Assembly: GCA_944325495.1 (NCBI GenBank)
Contig: CALVAD010000007.1
Span: 2,738 to 66,737, forward strand
DNA: 64,000 bases
Source of the DNA: an uncultured Bacteroidales bacterium
GTDB taxonomy: Bacteria; Bacteroidota; Bacteroidia; Bacteroidales; UBA932
Direction of reading: 5' to 3'
This document shows positions 56,777 through 64,000 of this stretch, in pieces. The translations under genes and the position numbers were made by a program. The notes below the pieces were generated by a model. It was not told the DNA's origin, made no database searches, and worked only from the letters and a program-made list of their open reading frames with translations. Positions within the stretch are counted from its first letter, which is position 1. Each line of letters opens with the position of its first letter.

Positions 56777-56864
56777 GCGGCTAAAGTAAGAAACTGTTTT
56801 GAAATTTTCAAAAACAGTTTCTTAGGACTATCTTTGTCAGATTCGCAATCAAAGCTTTGACGAT

Positions 56865-58394
56865 ATGAGAGATTTCAGGCTTACAAATACGCTTTCGCAC
56901 CGCAAGGAGCTCTTCGTGCCCGTGCATCCGGGCCACGCGGGCATGTACGTGTGCGGTCCGACCGTCTACGGCGACGCCCATCTGGGGCACGCGCGTCCGG
57001 GAGTCACCTACGATGTGCTGTTCAAGCTTCTGCGCCATCTCGGCTACAAGGTCCGCTATGTGCGCAACATTACCGACGTGGGGCATCTGGAGCACGACGC
57101 CGACGAAGGCGAGGACAAGATAACCCGCAAGGCCAGGCTGGAGCAGCTGGAGCCCATGGAGGTCGTGCAGACATATACGCTCCGCTACCATGAAGCCATG
57201 CGCCTGCTCAATGTGGCTCCTCCCTCGATCGAACCGCGGGCGTCAGGCCACATCATCGAGCAGATAGAGGCGGTGAAGAGGATACTCGACGCCGGATATG
57301 CGTATGTGAGCAACGGAAGCGTCTACTTCGATGTCGAGAAATACAACCGCGACTACCATTACGGAGTGCTTTCCGGCCGCAATCTCGAAGACACTCTCGA
57401 GGGCACCCGCAGTCTCGATGGCCAGTCCGACAAGCGCCACGCCTACGACTTCGCGCTCTGGAAGAAGGCCGAGCCGGAGCATATCATGCGCTGGCCCTCT
57501 CCCTGGGGCGAAGGTTTCCCGGGCTGGCATCTCGAATGCTCGGTGATGGGGGAGAAGTATCTCGGCAGCGAATTCGACATACACGGCGGCGGAATGGACC
57601 TGGTGTTCCCTCATCATGAGTGCGAAATCGCCCAGAACCAGGCCTCGCGCGGGACTCAGGGCGTGCGCTACTGGGTCCACAACAACATGATCACCATCAA
57701 CGGCCAGAAGATGGGCAAGTCCCTGGGCAATTTCATAACATTGCCGCAGCTGTTCTCCGGCGACCATCCCAAGCTGGAGCAGGCCTACACACCCATGACC
57801 ATACGCTTCTTCATACTCCAGGCGCACTACCGCGGCACCCTGGACTTCTCCAACGAAGCCCTGCAGGCGGCGGAGAAGGGGCTGAAGCGCATAATGCAGG
57901 CGGCGAGGGACCTTTATGCCATGGCCGGTGCCGGGATGCCTTCGTGGCCTTACGGCGAGGAGGAGATTCCTGTCGCACCGGACGCATGCAAAGCGGACTC
58001 GCCCGAGGTGAAGGCCGTGTTCGACGGGGTGTACGATGCTCTCTGCGACGACATGAACACCCCCATGGCCCTGGCTCATGTATCCGAGGCGGTGCGTCTG
58101 ATAAACTGTGCGAAGGCGGGGCAGACAAAGTTGACGGAAGCCGATCTCGACACGCTCGTGCAGATATTTGACGACATCGTGTTCGGGGTCCTCGGCCTGA
58201 AGGACGAGGAGCTGTCCGAAAGCGGTTCAGGAAAGGTCATAGCCGGACTCATGGACATGGTGCTGGATCAGCGGGCCAAGGCCAAGGCCGCGAAGGACTG
58301 GACCACCTCCGACCATATACGCGACGCCCTGAAGGCCCTCGGTATCCAGGTCAAGGATACCAAGGACGGGGCGGAGTGGACATTCGTGGAATAG
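56865..58394 (+). CDS. cysS: Cysteine--tRNA ligase
   Basis: [42 protein letters not shown]. Confidence 0.98.
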   Translation: MRDFRLTNTLSHRKELFVPVHPGHAGMYVCGPTVYGDAHLGHARPGVTYDVLFKLLRHLGYKVRYVRNITDVGHLEHDADEGEDKITRKARLEQLEPMEVVQTYTLRYHEAMRLLNVAPPSIEPRASGHIIEQIEAVKRILDAGYAYVSNGSVYFDVEKYNRDYHYGVLSGRNLEDTLEGTRSLDGQSDKRHAYDFALWKKAEPEHIMRWPSPWGEGFPGWHLECSVMGEKYLGSEFDIHGGGMDLVFPHHECEIAQNQASRGTQGVRYWVHNNMITINGQKMGKSLGNFITLPQLFSGDHPKLEQAYTPMTIRFFILQAHYRGTLDFSNEALQAAEKGLKRIMQAARDLYAMAGAGMPSWPYGEEEIPVAPDACKADSPEVKAVFDGVYDALCDDMNTPMALAHVSEAVRLINCAKAGQTKLTEADLDTLVQIFDDIVFGVLGLKDEELSESGSGKVIAGLMDMVLDQRAKAKAAKDWTTSDHIRDALKALGIQVKDTKDGAEWTFVE

Positions 58395-58397
58395 ATT

Positions 58398-61868
<3,471 letters not shown>

Positions 61869-61871
61869 GGT

Positions 61872-62807
61872 CTAGAAGCAGGCTCTGAGTATTCCGATGA
61901 TGTTGTCCGCCCTGCCCATGGTGTAGAAATGGACTGCCGGCACTCCGTGCGCGAGCAGGTCGCGGCACTGCATCGTGCACCATTCGCGGCCTATGTCGTA
62001 GCATGCCTGCCTGTCATCGCGGTGCGCTTCGATTTCGAGCGTCAGCTCCTGCGGTATGTCTATCGAGAAGGTTTCCGGCAGCAGACTGATCTGTCTGTAG
62101 CCGGAGAGCGGCTTGAGTCCCGGGATTATGGGAACGGTGATTCCTGCGGCCCGGCATCTGTCGCGGAAGTCGTAGAACCGCCGGTTGTCGAAGAACATCT
62201 GGGTGACTATGTAGTCCGCTCCGGCGTCCACCTTCCGTTTGAGCATCTCGATGTCGTGTTCGATGTTCGGGGCTTCGAAGTGCTTTTCAGGATATGCTCC
62301 GACGCCTATGCAGAAGAAATTCTCCGCTCCGGGCCTTTCGCGTTCGAAGTCATGCACGGCCCTGACCAGCTCGTCGGCGTGGCTGTAGCCTCCCGGCTCC
62401 GGAGTGAAGCGCTTCTCCCCGGTGGTGCAGTCGCCCCTGAGCGCGAGGATGTTGCAGATGTCCATGAAACGGAAGTCCTGAAGCTGGAATTCTATCTGCT
62501 GCGCCGTGGCCCCTCCGCATATCAGGTGCGGCACGACCTCCACCTTGAATTCGGACTGGATGACCCCGCATACGGCGCTTTCGCTGATTCTGCGCCTGAC
62601 CAGCCGCCTGACATAGCTGCCGTCGGGTCTCGGCAGGTATTCGACTTCGTCGCGGTGGCAGGTGATGTTGATGTATTTGGGGCTGAACTCCATGAACGGA
62701 CGGATCTCGTCCAGAAGCTCGGTCCTGCTTAGTCCCGTGAGCGGGGGCACTATCTCCAGCGAAGGGTAGGGTCTGGAGCTGGAGGCGATTATCTCCGAGA
62801 CTTTCAT
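61872..62807 (-). CDS. metF: Methylenetetrahydrofolate reductase
   Basis: SLEIVPP, PHLICGG, LALRGD, YPEKH, TQMFFDN, HFYTM. Confidence 0.94.
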   Translation of the reverse strand: MKVSEIIASSSRPYPSLEIVPPLTGLSRTELLDEIRPFMEFSPKYINITCHRDEVEYLPRPDGSYVRRLVRRRISESAVCGVIQSEFKVEVVPHLICGGATAQQIEFQLQDFRFMDICNILALRGDCTTGEKRFTPEPGGYSHADELVRAVHDFERERPGAENFFCIGVGAYPEKHFEAPNIEHDIEMLKRKVDAGADYIVTQMFFDNRRFYDFRDRCRAAGITVPIIPGLKPLSGYRQISLLPETFSIDIPQELTLEIEAHRDDRQACYDIGREWCTMQCRDLLAHGVPAVHFYTMGRADNIIGILRACF

Positions 62808-64000
62808 TTCCTGCTGCCGTGCTTGTGGGTCATTATGTCGAGTATCAGCCGGTCGGTCTCGTTCATGCCGTCGCGGCCTATGGTCGTGAGGTTGCGTATG
62901 CTCTGGTCCACGTCGTCGTCGATTATGCCTTCGATGGGGCTGACGCATTCGTGGTCCATGGCCATCATGGCCGAGAGGACCGCCGTGGACACTCCGCTGG
63001 AGATCTTGAGCGCGCAGCTGGGCTTGGCCCCGTCGCAGATCATTCCCGTGAGGTTGGCTATCATGTTCTTGACGGCGCTGCATATCTCCGGGTATCCTCC
63101 TCCCATCAGATAGGTTATGCCGCAGCTTGAACCTGTCGCGGCGACCACGCATCCGCAGAGCGCCGACAGGCAGCCGAGGCTCTGCTTGATGTAGATTGCG
63201 GTCAGGTGGCTGAGGGTGAGGGCTCTGATCAGCTGCTCTTCGCCGGCCCCGCGCTCTTCCGCGTACACCACCACCGGCAGAGTGGCCGCAATTCCCTGAT
63301 TTCCCGAACCGGAATTGCTCATCACGGGGATTTTCTCTCCGGCCATCCTGACGTCGCAGGCCGCGGAGGTATATGACAGTATGCGGGAGAAGGTGCTGTC
63401 GCCCATGGTCTGCCTTTCGAGACTGTTCTTCAGGATTTTCCCGAGGTTGTGGCCGTAGTCGCCCTTGAAAGAGTGTTCGGCCGCGGCCTTGTTGAGCCTG
63501 CCGGACTCAAGGATGAACTCCAGCTCCCCGACAGGGGTTTCCGTGGCGAACTCCCAGACCTTGGCGAGATTCATGTCCGGCGCCGTGTCCGCGCCGCAGT
63601 CCTCCCCGTCCGCGTCCCCTCCTGTGTCCAGCATGACCTTTCCGTCCTTCTCAACCCGGACGAAGCGGGTATGGCTGCCGGAAATCACGGCGAGCGCCTC
63701 GTGGGCGTCCGAGAACACCTGCACTTCGATATGGAGCTTGTCGGGTGCGTCGCTTTTCAGCGAAATGGAGATTCTTCCTTCGCCGATATACTTCTTTCCC
63801 AGTTCGACCGTCTCCGGTGTGACGTCCCGTAGCACCTCCAGTCCGTATCCGGACTTTCCGGCCAGCGCGCCCAGAGCTATGGCTATGGGCAGCCCCGTCA
63901 TTCCGGTGCCGGGAATCCCGACGCCCATGGCGTTCTTCAGGATGTTGGCGCTCAGGCGTGCCTCTATCCGTCCGGGAACTTCTCCGAGGGCTTCGGTGGC
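62804..64000 (-). CDS. YhaM/CdsB-like Fe-S L-cysteine desulfidase / serine dehydratase-alpha family protein (5' end beyond window)
   Basis: LSANILKNAMGVGIPGTG, MSNSGSGNQG, LSALCGC, GMICDGAKPSCALK. Confidence 0.88.
   Translation of the reverse strand, partial: ATEALGEVPGRIEARLSANILKNAMGVGIPGTGMTGLPIAIALGALAGKSGYGLEVLRDVTPETVELGKKYIGEGRISISLKSDAPDKLHIEVQVFSDAHEALAVISGSHTRFVRVEKDGKVMLDTGGDADGEDCGADTAPDMNLAKVWEFATETPVGELEFILESGRLNKAAAEHSFKGDYGHNLGKILKNSLERQTMGDSTFSRILSYTSAACDVRMAGEKIPVMSNSGSGNQGIAATLPVVVYAEERGAGEEQLIRALTLSHLTAIYIKQSLGCLSALCGCVVAATGSSCGITYLMGGGYPEICSAVKNMIANLTGMICDGAKPSCALKISSGVSTAVLSAMMAMDHECVSPIEGIIDDDVDQSIRNLTTIGRDGMNETDRLILDIMTHKHGSRK

Overview
GC-rich (about 60% by eye) chromosomal segment of an anaerobic Bacteroidales bacterium. 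The assignment is inferred from TAnnTTTG promoters, SusC/SusD genes, a PorV-like gene and the Bacteroidota atp/rnf gene order; a Rikenellaceae-RC9/Cryptobacteroides-like gut lineage is a guess. Mostly housekeeping and energy genes: atpB-E-F-H-A-G, alaS, dnaB, rseC-rnfBCDGEA, nfnAB-like pair, asnA, cysS, xth, metH/metF, tRNA-Arg(TCT). Accessory parts: an Mpi-like serine invertase ahead of a SusC/SusD + PorV-like + subtilase locus; an ATPase/PD-(D/E)XK gene with a phased inverted-repeat array; an IS3 remnant joined to a truncated susD; and a mosaic fimbrillin-like adhesin preceded by an unannotated 38-aa YxxP peptide. Most striking observations: (1) four copies of a non-coding structured element with a conserved core clamped by long, copy-specific perfect stems; (2) an in-frame LptF/G permease-Fmt fusion; (3) the YxxP micro-ORF/adhesin locus with signs of module swapping; (4) a dedicated PorV-like/lipoprotein-subtilase pair. 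No CRISPR array, prophage or integrase was seen. All calls are from reading the sequence; no searches were run.
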